Origin: Bacteroidota bacterium
GTDB lineage: Bacteria > Bacteroidota > Ignavibacteria > SZUA-365
Direction of reading: 5' to 3'
NCBI GenBank assembly: GCA_034002405.1
Contig: JAVFAS010000007.1
Location: 4,015-68,014, forward strand
Length of the DNA: 64,000 bases
Each line of letters opens with the position of its first letter. Position 1 is the stretch's first letter. Positions 39,364 through 50,068 of this stretch are shown here, in pieces. The notes beneath the pieces are model-generated. The model saw only the letters and a program-made list of their open reading frames with translations. It was not told where the DNA came from and searched no databases. Both the position numbers and the translations under genes were made by a program.

Positions 39364-42300
39364 TCACTCCACCGTGATCACGATGCCCGCCGTATGCGCG
39401 GCAAACTCCGGCGCGTACATACATTGAATCGCGGAGATGCCGTTGGAGAAGCGACCGGCATGGGAGACGCGCAGCGGATATTCAAACACGTGCACGCCTT
39501 TCGGAAGCCAGCCGAAGAAGAAATTGACCGAGGCGTCCTTGGGCGCTTCGTAGAATCCCAGACCGCCCCGCCATTGATAGCCCGAGAGTTGATTGACGAG
39601 TTCGAGTCCCGACCCGCGCATGTCCTTGAGATGGACGTACTGCATGTCGCGGTCGACGCGCACGGTCACGCGCACCTTCACCAGGTCGCCGACATGCAGG
39701 GGATTCGCATCCGTGATCGGTTCGAGGAGCAGTCCCTTCTCGGTGGTGCGCTGTAGGTACAGCGTTTTCTCGATCGACAGCGGAGTCTTCGCGGGAGTGA
39801 TCTTGTCGAGCTGTTCGAAGTACTGCCAGTACACCGCGCCCCAGGCAATGCCCTGATCTTCCTTCCGCACGACCACCGTCCCCTGTTCGGGACGGATGTC
39901 ACCGCCGCGCCAGTCGATGCGGTAATGTCCCGTGCCCGCCTCGACACTCGCACCCATGGCCTTCGGATCGATGCGCTGGCCGCCCATGGTGACCTCGACG
40001 AGCTTGTCCGCCGCCAGCAGATCGCTGCCGCGGCGCAGGAGCGCATAGCAGGCCTCGGCGGTGGCGACGGTCGAACCCCAATCCTGCACCTGCTTCTGCT
40101 TGAGCAACCAGATCTTCAGCTCCTCGACCGATTTCGCATCCGCGGCCACTTCGTCGAAGACCTCGACCATCAATGCCTGCGTTTCGATCGGCGCCTGATA
40201 CCAGAACCACCCCCGCTCGTGCTTCCAGTACATGCCCATTTCGTCGCTCTGCAATGCGCGTTCCTTCAGCGAACGGATGATGTCCTGTGGCGTTTCGCGC
40301 TCCTGCCAGCGATGCAACGCCAACGCGATCTGTCCCTGCGTCATCAGTCCCCGCCGCGTCCACCACGTGCGGGACTGTCCGCGCCAGAAATCCACGGCCT
40401 CGTCAAATCGGTCGGGGATTTCCTGTGCGAGGAAATAACTCCGCGCGTGCAGATACTGCACGGCGAGATAATCGAGATAATCCTTTTTCTCATCGAAGCT
40501 GCGTTCCCGCGATTTCAATTCCTGGTAGTCTTCAAACATCCGTGTGTCGATGAAATTGATCGCGCGGCGGATCATCCGGTTCGTGCGTTCATCGTGCGGC
40601 GTGACCCCGAGCGCCGCGAGGTGACCAAAGCCGGCGACGATGTACTGCGTGATGTAGCGGTCCTCGCGCATGCCGGGGAACCACGGCCAGCCGCCATTGC
40701 TCGCCTGTGCCTTCTCGAGCGTGCGCAGCGCGCGCTCGAGATTGTTGCCCATGGTGTTGAGATCGAAGAGCAGGGCGATACGCTTCTTCCGCTCATTCTC
40801 GTCCTTGCCCTGCAGCACCCAGGGCGTCTCCTCGAGCAGGAGCATTTTCAGATCCTGGTTCTTCTGCAGGTTGGAAAGCAGCGCGTCGCTGTTTTTCCAC
40901 TGCTCGAACACGCGCGCGATTTTCGGATTGCTTTGTGCGATATGTCCCGCGATCGCGTTGGCGTAGTACCGGTTGAACACCTGCTCGGCGCAGTCGTACG
41001 GGTATTCGATCAGGTACGGCAGCGCCTGCACCGCGTACCACGCGGGCTGCGAGGTCATCTCGAGCGTGAGCTGATGCTGGCGCAGCGTGGTCGATGCACC
41101 GGACTGGAGCAGCTTGTCGAAGGTGAAGGTCTTTGTTTCCCCGCCGCGAATATTCAGCGGCAGGGTCTCGGTGACCAGCATGCGGTTCGGCAGCACCGGC
41201 AGTGCCATTTCCTCGCCGTCGGAGAAATCACCGGCTTTCGCCACGATGCGGTACACGATCGCCGACACGTCGTCAGGGACGCGGATCTCCCACTGCGCGG
41301 TCGCGCTACGGCCGGCATCCATCGAAAACGGACGTCCCGGATCGGTGAGTCCGAAACGTGCGTCGACCGGCTGCATGCTCACGGCATCGAACAGCATCAG
41401 CGATGCTGTTCCGTTGAGCGCGGTGCTCGAGAGATTGCTGATCTTCGTCATCAACACGACACGGTCGCCGTTGCGGAGGAAACGCGGCATGTTGGGCAGC
41501 ACCATCAGTTCCTTCTGCGTCACGGCGGTTTTTTCCAGATACCCGGTTCTCAGGTCGGGCGTATGCGCGAACAGCCGCAGCTTCCAGCGCGTGAGCGCCT
41601 CGGGCGCGGTGAAGCGCAACACGACATTCCCTTCCGCATCGGTGCGCAAGTCAGGATAGAAAAATGCCGTTTCGTTGAAATTCGTCCGGACCTTGACGGC
41701 ATCGAGTCCGCCGGCATCACCGTCGTCACCCGCGCCCTTGCCGTCCAGATCATTTTCCGTCACGGCCGCTTTCGCGTTCGTCACATTCTTGTCCACGACC
41801 GGCCGCTCGGCAACGATCGCGACTTCATCCGTTTGGTAGGCCGACGGCGCCATCAACGCCTCGGAGATTTCCATTTCCATTCCCTCATCGACAGCACCCA
41901 TGTCCTCGGACTTCTGCAGCATGCTCCGTCTTCCGGCATACCGGCCGCCGTACTGTCCGAGGAGGAAGAGATTCAACCGGTCGTAGTACTGCGGCCAGCC
42001 GGCAAGCGTCTTGTTCCACAGGTCCTGGTAGAGCTGTGCGCTATTCCCGCCAAAGCCGTAGTTGGAGACACGGTTGTACGAACCGTAGCTCGGCCAACCG
42101 AATCCCGGCCAATCCTGCCGCGTGATCGCGTCGAGCGAGGCATCGTACATCGACGCCAGGACCTCGGCCGCGATGCGGTCGCGCTGGGGACCGCGAATGG
42201 TGATGCGCCATTCCTCCCGCGCGCCCGGCGTGAGCTTGTCGCGGAAGGTCGCGGTTTCGAGGGTGAGCTGTTTGTTCGACCAGGGGACGTTCACGAACAC

Positions 42301-45300
42301 GCTCTGCTGATAGAGCCGATAGTGTTTGACGAAAAACACCTGCACGGTAAAGCCGCCGCGGTGCCGTTCCTCGATGCGGTAGCGGAAGGCCCGCTGTCCG
42401 GCATCGCCCGATTGCCACGCGTCCACCGGCGGCCGGGCATACAGAGCCGTACGCGACAGCATGAACACGTCATCATAGGCGCTGCCGTAGAAAAAGCGGG
42501 CTTCCTCGCCCGGCTCGGCTTTGGTCTTGTCGGCGACGAAGAATACCGGCTGCATCGATGGCACCGCGCCGTCGGGTCGATACACCGTCACGGTTTTCCG
42601 GATTTCCAGATCCTGACCTCCGGGATCCTTCGCCTGCATCGTGATGCGATAGCTGCCCGGGGCAAGCCCCTGCAGCAGCAAGGAATCGCTTCCTTCCGTA
42701 CCCGTGCGGAAACCGCGGTCGTGGATCACGCGGCGAACATCCCAGGTGTCGGGCTTGTCCTCGTCGCGGTACACATCGTGCGGGAAGGCGCGCGTGAATT
42801 CCGCTTCACTCAGCACCCAGCTGTCGGGCGCGGAGAGTGCGCGGGCGCGCAGCACGCGCGCGGGGGCGGCGAGCTGTTCGACGCGGATCGTGCCGGTCGC
42901 GGCGACCGGCTGTCCCCCGAGGTTGCGTGTCCATAGCCGCAGGTTCTGCTGCCGCGTCGCGTCCACCGTCTCCGGCACCTCCATCGACAGCACGATCGAC
43001 GTGTAACCGGCGCTGACCGATGTCGCGGCGCTGTGCGTCTCGCCGTTGATGTCCACCACATCGGCCGTGACTTCGTAGGTGAATACCGGCGTGGTCTTCG
43101 GATCCACCGCGCGATCAGGCAGCGCGGTGAATTCGATTGCGAAGCTGCCATCGGCGTCGGTGGTCGTGCTCCCGTGCGCGATCTCGCGCTCCTCGCCCTG
43201 GGGCAGGGGACGCCACCACCAGTACCAGTACGGGAAGCGCACGCGGCGCACCACGCGCCAGTTCACGGTCGCGCCGTCGATGTTCGATCCCGCGTAGGCC
43301 TTCGCCTCGCCGGTCACGCGCACCGCGGCGCCCAGACGATACTCCCCTTCGACGGGCTTGAAACGCGCCTCGAATTTTGGACGTTTGTATTCTTCCACGC
43401 GCACATTCACCGAACCGCTTTCATTGCGGATGAACATGATGCCGGTGAGCACGCCCGCGGGCACGGTGAACGTGGTGTTAAAGGAACCATACTCATTTGT
43501 CCGGAATTCCGCTTCGTGCACCTTCTGATGATTGGCGTCGAGGAAGGTCACCGTCGTGGTGGCGTGTTTCATCACCGCGTAATCGCCGTGTTCGCGATTG
43601 CCCTCGGTGATGACGCCTTTCAGATACACCGTCTGACCCGGCCGGTAGATCGCGCGATCGGTGAAGAACAGCGTGCGGCGCTGCGTCTTGTCCCGTCCCC
43701 GCTCGTGGGCACTGTAGGAATTGCGCACCGTGAGCGTATCGCGTCCCCGCGCGAGTCGGAACGAAACGCCATCCTGGAAGCGGCCGGGCTCGAGCACGAA
43801 CAGTCCCTGATCATCGGTGAGCATCCGTCCCTGCTCGATTGTTTCATAGCCGTAGTCATTCGAATTCCAGCGCCGGGTGAAGAGACGGACTTCGACATCC
43901 TGCAGGGGTTTGCCGTCCACCGCATCGGTGACCCAGAAGTGATGCGCCCCGCCCGCGCCGTCGATGTCCTCGAGACTCAGCCGCGTCACCCGCAGCCAGG
44001 CATAGGCCATGGCGTTCTCCGAGAGCGAAAAATCCTCGCGGGGAGACATCAGCAGCATGTACACGCCCATGGGAAGTGACGGCCCCTGCAGATCGACGCG
44101 ATGTGATTTGTAATCCGTCTGTGGCGGAAGATCCTGCGACCAGGACTGCATCGCGCCGCGGTTGAGCAGCTCCCGCAGGCGGTCGCGGAGCTGGACGTCG
44201 CGTCTTCCCATCAACAGCCGGTCATCGTCCTCGTCGGCGTTGAGCCGCACGAGACGGAAATAAACCCGCGCGACATTGCGATATCCCGCGCTCATGAGAA
44301 ACGGCCGGTCGGGCTGCGTGCTCATTTCCACTTCAAGCGAGAGTTGCTTGGCGAGAATGCGCGAGCGGAGGGAGCGGCAATCCACCGCGCCGCGGGACTC
44401 CGGAAACCGCGCGATTTCACGGTCACAGGTCTCGAGCGCCTTTACGTAGTCATCATGCGCGAAATAATACCGCGCGATCGCCTCGCCCGCGAGCGTGGAA
44501 ATCGGTGAGGATGCATGGGTGCGGGCGAGAGACGCCACCGCCTGGAAGTAGGTCGTGTCCTTCTCCTCATGCCGCGTCTCGGCGCGCGCGAATTCCAATC
44601 GTGCGAGGTCGAGATCCACGATCGCCTCCGCGCTTCCGCGTTGGAGGTGGAAGCGCAGCAGGTCCTGGTACAGGCGCAGCGCGAGAAACTTCGTATTGCG
44701 CGGATTCGGTGATGTGAAGCGCGCGGATGCGAATGCGGCGGCGGGAGCCAATGCGTCAAGAGTGAGCAGTTCGAAATCCTGTTGCGGCGCGGGAAGGGCC
44801 ACTTCGTCGTTGCGGAAGAAATCCAGCGCCCGATGGGCGAGGATGTCGTAGAGCGTCGGACGGTAGGTGGCGCCGTCATTATTCCGGACTATAATATCCT
44901 TATACTCCTCGAGCGCGGAACGCTGCAGCAGGTCGGCGGGGGCCAACGCATCGAGATACAACGCTTTTGTCGTGTCGAAAAAACGTCCCGCATCCCAGGT
45001 CCGGAAATCGGCCGACGCGGTATCCGCCACCTGCGTCCGGTCGTTGATGCGCCACCGGTTCATCTGATAGTGGTTCCAGTACAGGTCCGCCAGCATCGAG
45101 GTCAACACGGCCTTGACCGGTTGTTCGGCCGCGGCGATCTCCGCTTCCAGATCCTGAATCAGAACAACTTCATCCTCTTCATTCGTCATCGCCCGCAGCG
45201 CCACGCGATGTGCGATGGACTTGATGATCTGCGGCCGGTTGTTCTCCGCTTTCGCCCGCGCATGGATTTTCTCCACCAGCTCGAGCGCGGTTTTCGGCAG

Positions 45301-45468
45301 CCGCTTGCGAAGCGCCTCGTCGACGGCCTTCCACTGCTCCTCGTAGTCGCCTTGCATGAGTGTACTCCATCGCTGGTGGGCGGAAAAATCAACCGTCGCA
45401 TCGGAAGCGAACAGGAACAGCGGCGCCACGACAAGGAGCAGGGCCGCGAAGCGAATGCGTGCCGGCAT
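39364..45468 (-). CDS. alpha-2-macroglobulin family protein (bacterial A2M, about 2034 aa) with thioester motif
   Basis: Signal peptide MPARIRFAALLLVVAPLFLFASDA. YPYDCAEQ thioester (CxEQ) region. MG-domain repeats. Alpha-helical TED region. Receptor-binding-like C-terminus. Confidence 0.9.
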   Translation of the reverse strand: MPARIRFAALLLVVAPLFLFASDATVDFSAHQRWSTLMQGDYEEQWKAVDEALRKRLPKTALELVEKIHARAKAENNRPQIIKSIAHRVALRAMTNEEDEVVLIQDLEAEIAAAEQPVKAVLTSMLADLYWNHYQMNRWRINDRTQVADTASADFRTWDAGRFFDTTKALYLDALAPADLLQRSALEEYKDIIVRNNDGATYRPTLYDILAHRALDFFRNDEVALPAPQQDFELLTLDALAPAAAFASARFTSPNPRNTKFLALRLYQDLLRFHLQRGSAEAIVDLDLARLEFARAETRHEEKDTTYFQAVASLARTHASSPISTLAGEAIARYYFAHDDYVKALETCDREIARFPESRGAVDCRSLRSRILAKQLSLEVEMSTQPDRPFLMSAGYRNVARVYFRLVRLNADEDDDRLLMGRRDVQLRDRLRELLNRGAMQSWSQDLPPQTDYKSHRVDLQGPSLPMGVYMLLMSPREDFSLSENAMAYAWLRVTRLSLEDIDGAGGAHHFWVTDAVDGKPLQDVEVRLFTRRWNSNDYGYETIEQGRMLTDDQGLFVLEPGRFQDGVSFRLARGRDTLTVRNSYSAHERGRDKTQRRTLFFTDRAIYRPGQTVYLKGVITEGNREHGDYAVMKHATTTVTFLDANHQKVHEAEFRTNEYGSFNTTFTVPAGVLTGIMFIRNESGSVNVRVEEYKRPKFEARFKPVEGEYRLGAAVRVTGEAKAYAGSNIDGATVNWRVVRRVRFPYWYWWWRPLPQGEEREIAHGSTTTDADGSFAIEFTALPDRAVDPKTTPVFTYEVTADVVDINGETHSAATSVSAGYTSIVLSMEVPETVDATRQQNLRLWTRNLGGQPVAATGTIRVEQLAAPARVLRARALSAPDSWVLSEAEFTRAFPHDVYRDEDKPDTWDVRRVIHDRGFRTGTEGSDSLLLQGLAPGSYRITMQAKDPGGQDLEIRKTVTVYRPDGAVPSMQPVFFVADKTKAEPGEEARFFYGSAYDDVFMLSRTALYARPPVDAWQSGDAGQRAFRYRIEERHRGGFTVQVFFVKHYRLYQQSVFVNVPWSNKQLTLETATFRDKLTPGAREEWRITIRGPQRDRIAAEVLASMYDASLDAITRQDWPGFGWPSYGSYNRVSNYGFGGNSAQLYQDLWNKTLAGWPQYYDRLNLFLLGQYGGRYAGRRSMLQKSEDMGAVDEGMEMEISEALMAPSAYQTDEVAIVAERPVVDKNVTNAKAAVTENDLDGKGAGDDGDAGGLDAVKVRTNFNETAFFYPDLRTDAEGNVVLRFTAPEALTRWKLRLFAHTPDLRTGYLEKTAVTQKELMVLPNMPRFLRNGDRVVLMTKISNLSSTALNGTASLMLFDAVSMQPVDARFGLTDPGRPFSMDAGRSATAQWEIRVPDDVSAIVYRIVAKAGDFSDGEEMALPVLPNRMLVTETLPLNIRGGETKTFTFDKLLQSGASTTLRQHQLTLEMTSQPAWYAVQALPYLIEYPYDCAEQVFNRYYANAIAGHIAQSNPKIARVFEQWKNSDALLSNLQKNQDLKMLLLEETPWVLQGKDENERKKRIALLFDLNTMGNNLERALRTLEKAQASNGGWPWFPGMREDRYITQYIVAGFGHLAALGVTPHDERTNRMIRRAINFIDTRMFEDYQELKSRERSFDEKKDYLDYLAVQYLHARSYFLAQEIPDRFDEAVDFWRGQSRTWWTRRGLMTQGQIALALHRWQERETPQDIIRSLKERALQSDEMGMYWKHERGWFWYQAPIETQALMVEVFDEVAADAKSVEELKIWLLKQKQVQDWGSTVATAEACYALLRRGSDLLAADKLVEVTMGGQRIDPKAMGASVEAGTGHYRIDWRGGDIRPEQGTVVVRKEDQGIAWGAVYWQYFEQLDKITPAKTPLSIEKTLYLQRTTEKGLLLEPITDANPLHVGDLVKVRVTVRVDRDMQYVHLKDMRGSGLELVNQLSGYQWRGGLGFYEAPKDASVNFFFGWLPKGVHVFEYPLRVSHAGRFSNGISAIQCMYAPEFAAHTAGIVITVE

Positions 45469-45697
45469 GACAGGACTCCGAACTATAATGGGATGAGACA
45501 GGATCGAACAGACTCGGTAATACTCTTCGTGGCAAATCTGGTTCCCGGTGGATTCGCGCACGAATACGAGCACGGATCCGGGAGCGGCGCTCCGCCGCAA
45601 GCGCACAGCGCGCGGCCGTGCGTTGCGACATGCGCATCACCTCCGAACCGCCGCGCGACGGAAGCGCGCGGGTCCCAAGGCAGCCGCACCGGCCGAT

Positions 45698-48600
45698 TTA
45701 CCAGACGATGATTCGCCTCTGCGTGCGGTGTCCGTGTGCGTCGCTGGCGGTCACGATGTAGGAGCCCGGACGCAGTCCCGCCGTCGGCAGCAGGACCAGC
45801 TGCCTGCCGCCCGTCGCGTCGAGCGCGTGCATGCGCACCCGGCGGCCGAGCATGTCATACATCGCAATCTCGAGCGGACCCGCCGGTGCCCCATCCACCC
45901 GCAGCGTGAGGGCCGTGCCCGCGCGCAGCGGCGAGGGGAAGGCCGCGAGGGCGAACGCGTTGGCGGAAGGCGGTACATCCGCGGCAAGCACAATGGCACC
46001 GGTGCCGCCTGCCTCGACATAGCGCTTGAACCATTCCTGCAGGTACTGCACGGCGATCGCGTGGCTGTGCACGACGAGGGTGTTTTCGTTGTTGGAGAAC
46101 TCCGCCGCATTCGACCAGTTGTGCGAGCCCGTCACCACCAACGGCGCCGCGCCGGCCGTGGCATCGTCCGCGTCGACGATCATGTATTTGTGATGCAAAA
46201 GACCCGTGAATCCTTTTTTCAGAAGCACGTCGACGCCGCCCGTGCGGAGAAAGTCGTACTCGTTGCCCTGATCGCTGTTGTTGTCCAGCAGGCCGCGCAC
46301 GGTCACCCCCGCCGCGTGCTGGTCGGTCATGATGCGTCCGAGATCATCGCGGGTGAAGGTGAGCGTGGCGAAATAGATCGAGGTCCGTGCCCCACGCGCG
46401 GCGTTCGCGATCGCATTGGTGGTCATGTCGCTCGGACTGAAATACGCCTCGACCGGCACGCCGCCGATGACAAAACGATGCGGGGTGTTATCGAGTTTGC
46501 GCGCGCCGAAGCGGGTTGCGGAGCTGTTGGCGGTCTCGGTGCCGCTTCCCCACATCTCCTCGAATTCCCGGGTATAGGTCACGGCCAGGGCCTGGTCCTG
46601 GATCTCGATGACATTCTGTGCGTCGTCGTTCGTGCCCGGGTCGGTCGGATTCCACGACCCCGTGATCACCCAGTCATCGGTGTCGCTCGAACGGTCGCGT
46701 GCGTCGATGATGACGAACTTGTTGTGCTGCAATCCCGCGCCCGCGTTCACGCGGTCGAAGTTGTCGACGATGGCCGGCACGTTGCTCCGCAGGGTGCGGA
46801 TGGCATTGGTGTTGGAATTGTCCGTCTCGAAAATCGCACGGATACGCACGCCGCGAGTCTTCGCCGCGAGTAGGCGTTCGGCGATATCGTCACCCACCTG
46901 TCCGCTAAGGCTGTACAAGCAGAGATCGATGCTGTGCCGTGCCGCGTCGATACGATTCATCAGCTTGTTGGCTAGTGCGACATTGCCCTGCGCGGGCAGC
47001 GGAGGATACAGCGTGTTGTCGACCGCGCGGCTGAAGAAGACATTCATCACACCGGTGGACGTGGCGGATGCGGTGCAGACATACATCGGCTGCGCGAAGC
47101 TGGTGTCACCGCCGGCGACGGAGAATGCCTGCACGCGGTAGATCGTGCCGGCGTCCAGCGAGGCAAGGGTCACACGTTGTTCGGTGCCTGCGTCCCCGCC
47201 CTCGGCCGTCCCGAGTTCAAAGTGCTCACCGATGCCATAGCGCACGCGGGCGTCGGCCTCGACCGCCGTGTTCCAGCACAGGTCGATGCGATCGGCGGCG
47301 ATGTCGCATTCCACCGGCATGCTCACGATGCGTGGTCCCGTGGCGATGATGTCCGCCGCCAGGCGCGGCATGAGCTGATACCCGCCGGCAAAGGGCGCCG
47401 CGGTTTTGTACTGGCTCACCACCCCGATAATATCGAAGCTGCCACCCGGAGCGGGTTGTCCCGCATACGGCACGTCGTTGTCGACGCGCACATCGAGCTG
47501 CGCGGACCCGTCGGAAAGTTTGTAGTTCGTGCCCGAACCGGTGACAGTCCACGCCGTGGTGTTCACCGTCACCCCGTTGATGCGCACGAGCATGCTTTCG
47601 TACGCTTCATTCCCTCCGACCCCGTCATTGAGAATGGCATCGATGCCGACATGGACGGGTACGACCTCGTTGCCGCTCGACGCGATGGTATCGATGCGCA
47701 CCTGTTCGAGCTCTGTCAGGCCGTTGAAATGCGTGAGGGTGCCGGTGATCGTCACTTCATCCCCGATGCGGACGGAATCGGAGAAATCGAAGTCATAGAC
47801 CGCGATGCCGCCGGTGTGGTCCTGGATGTAGGCGGGCGAACCAAACTGATTCGACACCGTGACAATCCCGTTGACGGTGACGAGCTGTCCGAGTTTGACG
47901 GGCACGCCACTCGCGTTGTTTTCCCGCGCCTCGGCGATGGGGATGGGTCCACCGCGCACGGCGACGGTCGGAGAACTCTGTATCGGAAGGAAGTATTGTG
48001 CGCCGCGGGTGAGAATGGGCACGACATAGTTGCCCGTGCTCGCCGGCGCGGTGAGGCCCTTCACCGTGATCGTCGCCGCGCTCTCGGCGAACGCGAGCGG
48101 CGCGAGCCGCAGCGTGTCGCCGATAACGGACAACTCGGTCTGCAATCGACCATCCACCTCCACGTCATCGGTCGAGCCGGACCAGACGAAGACCGGGGGA
48201 ATGACGATGTTCATCGCGGTGATGGGAAACAGCGGATCCGGCGCGAAGGTGATCGCCAGATCGAAGGCCTCGCCGGCTTTGTACGTGCGTTCCGGCACCG
48301 TCGCGCTGCCGGATCCATCCGCGCTCAGCGGTTCGGTCCCGCTCGCGGAGTTCTGCGGCTGCCTGCCGCCGGTCCGCACGACGAAGTCCGCCGCATTGTT
48401 GTTCGAATCCCAGCCATTCCCGCTGAATTCCTCCGGCCCGCCCGCGCCCATCGATGCGGCGGTGGATGTGGCGGACGCCTTGCGTTCGACGCTGTTGTCG
48501 TTGGCGGTCGTGCCATGATGCGGCGCCGTGCTTCCTTCCGGATCATTCCCCGTCCCGAATCCCACACGGTCGACCGGGACGCCCGCCGCGGTACTGATGC

Positions 48601-48952
48601 GGATATTGCCGTTGTCGGCGAGACCCGACGCGCTCCAGGAAACATCCCCCGTCGGCGTCGCGGCCCAGGTGGAGGAGACCAGCAGGTAGTACGACTTCGG
48701 CGGCATCACCGTCCCCTCGGGGATCGTGACCAGCGGGTTGTAGGACGTACCCGACGCCGACCGGTATTCAAACTTCCAGCCGGACACATTCACGGTTTGA
48801 TTGGTCGGATTGTAGAGTTCGACGAACTCTCCGGACGCATTGCCCGCCGCGCCGCGCGTCGCGAACTCGCTGATCACCACATGATCGGCCCACTGGGCCC
48901 GCACCGTCACCGTGCACAGAATGGCCAGGAATATCGGAACAATCGCTCTCAT
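45698..48952 (-). CDS. secreted lamin-tail-domain protein with two PLD-like HKD motifs and a T9SS C-terminal sorting domain (putative extracellular nuclease/phosphodiesterase)
   Basis: Signal peptide. N-terminal LTD (VVISEFATRG...GEFVELYNPTNQTVNVSGWKF). HKD motifs LQHNKFVIIDA...GSWNPTD and LHHKYMIVDA...GSHNWSNAA. C-terminal CTD (...GSYIVTASDAHGHRTQRRIIVW). Confidence 0.75.
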   Translation of the reverse strand: MRAIVPIFLAILCTVTVRAQWADHVVISEFATRGAAGNASGEFVELYNPTNQTVNVSGWKFEYRSASGTSYNPLVTIPEGTVMPPKSYYLLVSSTWAATPTGDVSWSASGLADNGNIRISTAAGVPVDRVGFGTGNDPEGSTAPHHGTTANDNSVERKASATSTAASMGAGGPEEFSGNGWDSNNNAADFVVRTGGRQPQNSASGTEPLSADGSGSATVPERTYKAGEAFDLAITFAPDPLFPITAMNIVIPPVFVWSGSTDDVEVDGRLQTELSVIGDTLRLAPLAFAESAATITVKGLTAPASTGNYVVPILTRGAQYFLPIQSSPTVAVRGGPIPIAEARENNASGVPVKLGQLVTVNGIVTVSNQFGSPAYIQDHTGGIAVYDFDFSDSVRIGDEVTITGTLTHFNGLTELEQVRIDTIASSGNEVVPVHVGIDAILNDGVGGNEAYESMLVRINGVTVNTTAWTVTGSGTNYKLSDGSAQLDVRVDNDVPYAGQPAPGGSFDIIGVVSQYKTAAPFAGGYQLMPRLAADIIATGPRIVSMPVECDIAADRIDLCWNTAVEADARVRYGIGEHFELGTAEGGDAGTEQRVTLASLDAGTIYRVQAFSVAGGDTSFAQPMYVCTASATSTGVMNVFFSRAVDNTLYPPLPAQGNVALANKLMNRIDAARHSIDLCLYSLSGQVGDDIAERLLAAKTRGVRIRAIFETDNSNTNAIRTLRSNVPAIVDNFDRVNAGAGLQHNKFVIIDARDRSSDTDDWVITGSWNPTDPGTNDDAQNVIEIQDQALAVTYTREFEEMWGSGTETANSSATRFGARKLDNTPHRFVIGGVPVEAYFSPSDMTTNAIANAARGARTSIYFATLTFTRDDLGRIMTDQHAAGVTVRGLLDNNSDQGNEYDFLRTGGVDVLLKKGFTGLLHHKYMIVDADDATAGAAPLVVTGSHNWSNAAEFSNNENTLVVHSHAIAVQYLQEWFKRYVEAGGTGAIVLAADVPPSANAFALAAFPSPLRAGTALTLRVDGAPAGPLEIAMYDMLGRRVRMHALDATGGRQLVLLPTAGLRPGSYIVTASDAHGHRTQRRIIVW

Positions 48953-49144
48953 TTTCTGCTGCCTCTCGCGAATGGGGAAAGATCAATATAGCAAAATGCG
49001 AGGAGCGGAGGGCAGTGAACATCTCGTCATGCCGGGTCAGCCCGAGGTGGATGCCTTTGTGCCTTCCTCCTCTTTGACATCTCCCGAAAACTCCGCATAT
49101 TCCTCAATCTATTCCCGCAACGGAGGGCGGATATACCCGAACGC

Positions 49145-49864
49145 ATGAAGCGCGCGCTCGTCATCATACCGACATACAACGAACTGGAGAACGTCCAGAC
49201 CATCATCCCGGAGATTCTCCGGCAGGACGCACGGCTCGAGACTCTGGTGGTCGACGATAATTCTCCCGACGGCACCGCCGCCGAGGTGAAGCGCATGATG
49301 GCGGACAATCCGCGTATTCACATTCTCGAGCGGGACAGAAAAATGGGTCTCGGCACGGCCTACGTGGCGGGGTTCAAATACGCCATCGCGCACGGCTACG
49401 ACTACGTGTTCGAAATGGACGCCGACCACTCGCATTCGCCCGACGTCCTCCCGCGCTTTCTCGAGGCCATCGAAGAGTATGATCTGGTGCTGGGCTCGCG
49501 CTACATCCAGGGCGTCAACGTGATCAACTGGCCGATGAAGCGGCTGCTGCTCAGTTATTTCGCGAACCAGTACACGCGCATCGTCACCGGACTTCCTGTC
49601 CGCGACGCCACCGGCGGATTCAAGTGTTTCCGCGTCGAGGTGCTCAAGGCCATCGATCTCGACCGCGTACGCAGCAACGGCTATTCCTTCCAGATCGAAA
49701 TGAGCTTCAAGGCCTGGAAGAAAGGGTATCGCATCCACGAGATCCCGATCATCTTCATGGACCGTCGTGTGGGCATTTCGAAAATGTCGAAGAAAATCGT
49801 CCGTGAAGCCGTGACCATGGTCTGGCGCCTGCGTCTGCAGAGCATCCTCGGCCGGGTGCATTGA
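49145..49864 (+). CDS. polyprenol-phosphate mannosyl/glycosyltransferase (GT2, Dpm1-like)
   Basis: LVIIPTYNELEN, VVDDNSPDGT and FEMDADHSH DxD region. 239 aa. Confidence 0.85.
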   Translation: MKRALVIIPTYNELENVQTIIPEILRQDARLETLVVDDNSPDGTAAEVKRMMADNPRIHILERDRKMGLGTAYVAGFKYAIAHGYDYVFEMDADHSHSPDVLPRFLEAIEEYDLVLGSRYIQGVNVINWPMKRLLLSYFANQYTRIVTGLPVRDATGGFKCFRVEVLKAIDLDRVRSNGYSFQIEMSFKAWKKGYRIHEIPIIFMDRRVGISKMSKKIVREAVTMVWRLRLQSILGRVH

Positions 49865-49914
49865 CGAAATGCGCGATTCCACCCGGATCCCCCGGATTTT
49901 CGCGAATGGATTTC

Positions 49915-49943
49915 TTGACAGAACAGCATTCTTTCACTATATT
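49915..49943 (+). promoter_or_regulatory. sigma-70-type promoter for tRNA-Glu: TTGACA-17 nt-TATATT
   Basis: TTGACA at about 49915-49920, a 17-nt spacer, TATATT at about 49938-49943. The mature tRNA 5' end lies about 10 nt downstream. Confidence 0.7.
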
Positions 49944-49953
49944 TAAAGACTGG

Positions 49954-50026
49954 GCACCCATCGACTAGAGGCCTAGGTCGTCACCCTTTCACGGTGAAAA
50001 CACGGGTTCGAATCCCGTTGGGTGTA
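49954..50026 (+). tRNA. tRNA-Glu (anticodon TTC)
   Basis: GCACCCA/TC/GAC-TAGAGGCCTAG-GTC/G/TCACC-CTTTCAC-GGTGA/AAAC/ACGGG-TTCGAAT-CCCGT/TGGGTGT-A. The D-loop AGAGGCC is the Glu-tRNA hallmark. Close to E. coli tRNA-Glu. Confidence 0.85.
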
Positions 50027-50030
50027 CTGA

Positions 50031-50068
50031 CACAACGCCCCGCATTCGCGGGGCGTTGTCTTTTTTTC
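50031..50068 (+). terminator. rho-independent terminator after tRNA-Glu
   Basis: ACAACGCCCCGC-ATTC-GCGGGGCGTTGT followed by CTTTTTTT. Confidence 0.85.

Noticed and set aside
39925-42936. 1003-aa plus-strand ORF inside the A2M gene
   Set aside because: Antisense to an A2M with a thioester motif and signal peptide. Low-complexity, Arg-rich.
49954-50026. Considered tRNA-Sec or an unusual tRNA because of the 3-bp D-stem and G1-U72
   Set aside because: The D-loop AGAGGCC, anticodon loop CTTTCAC and overall similarity to E. coli tRNA-Glu make tRNA-Glu(UUC) the straightforward call.
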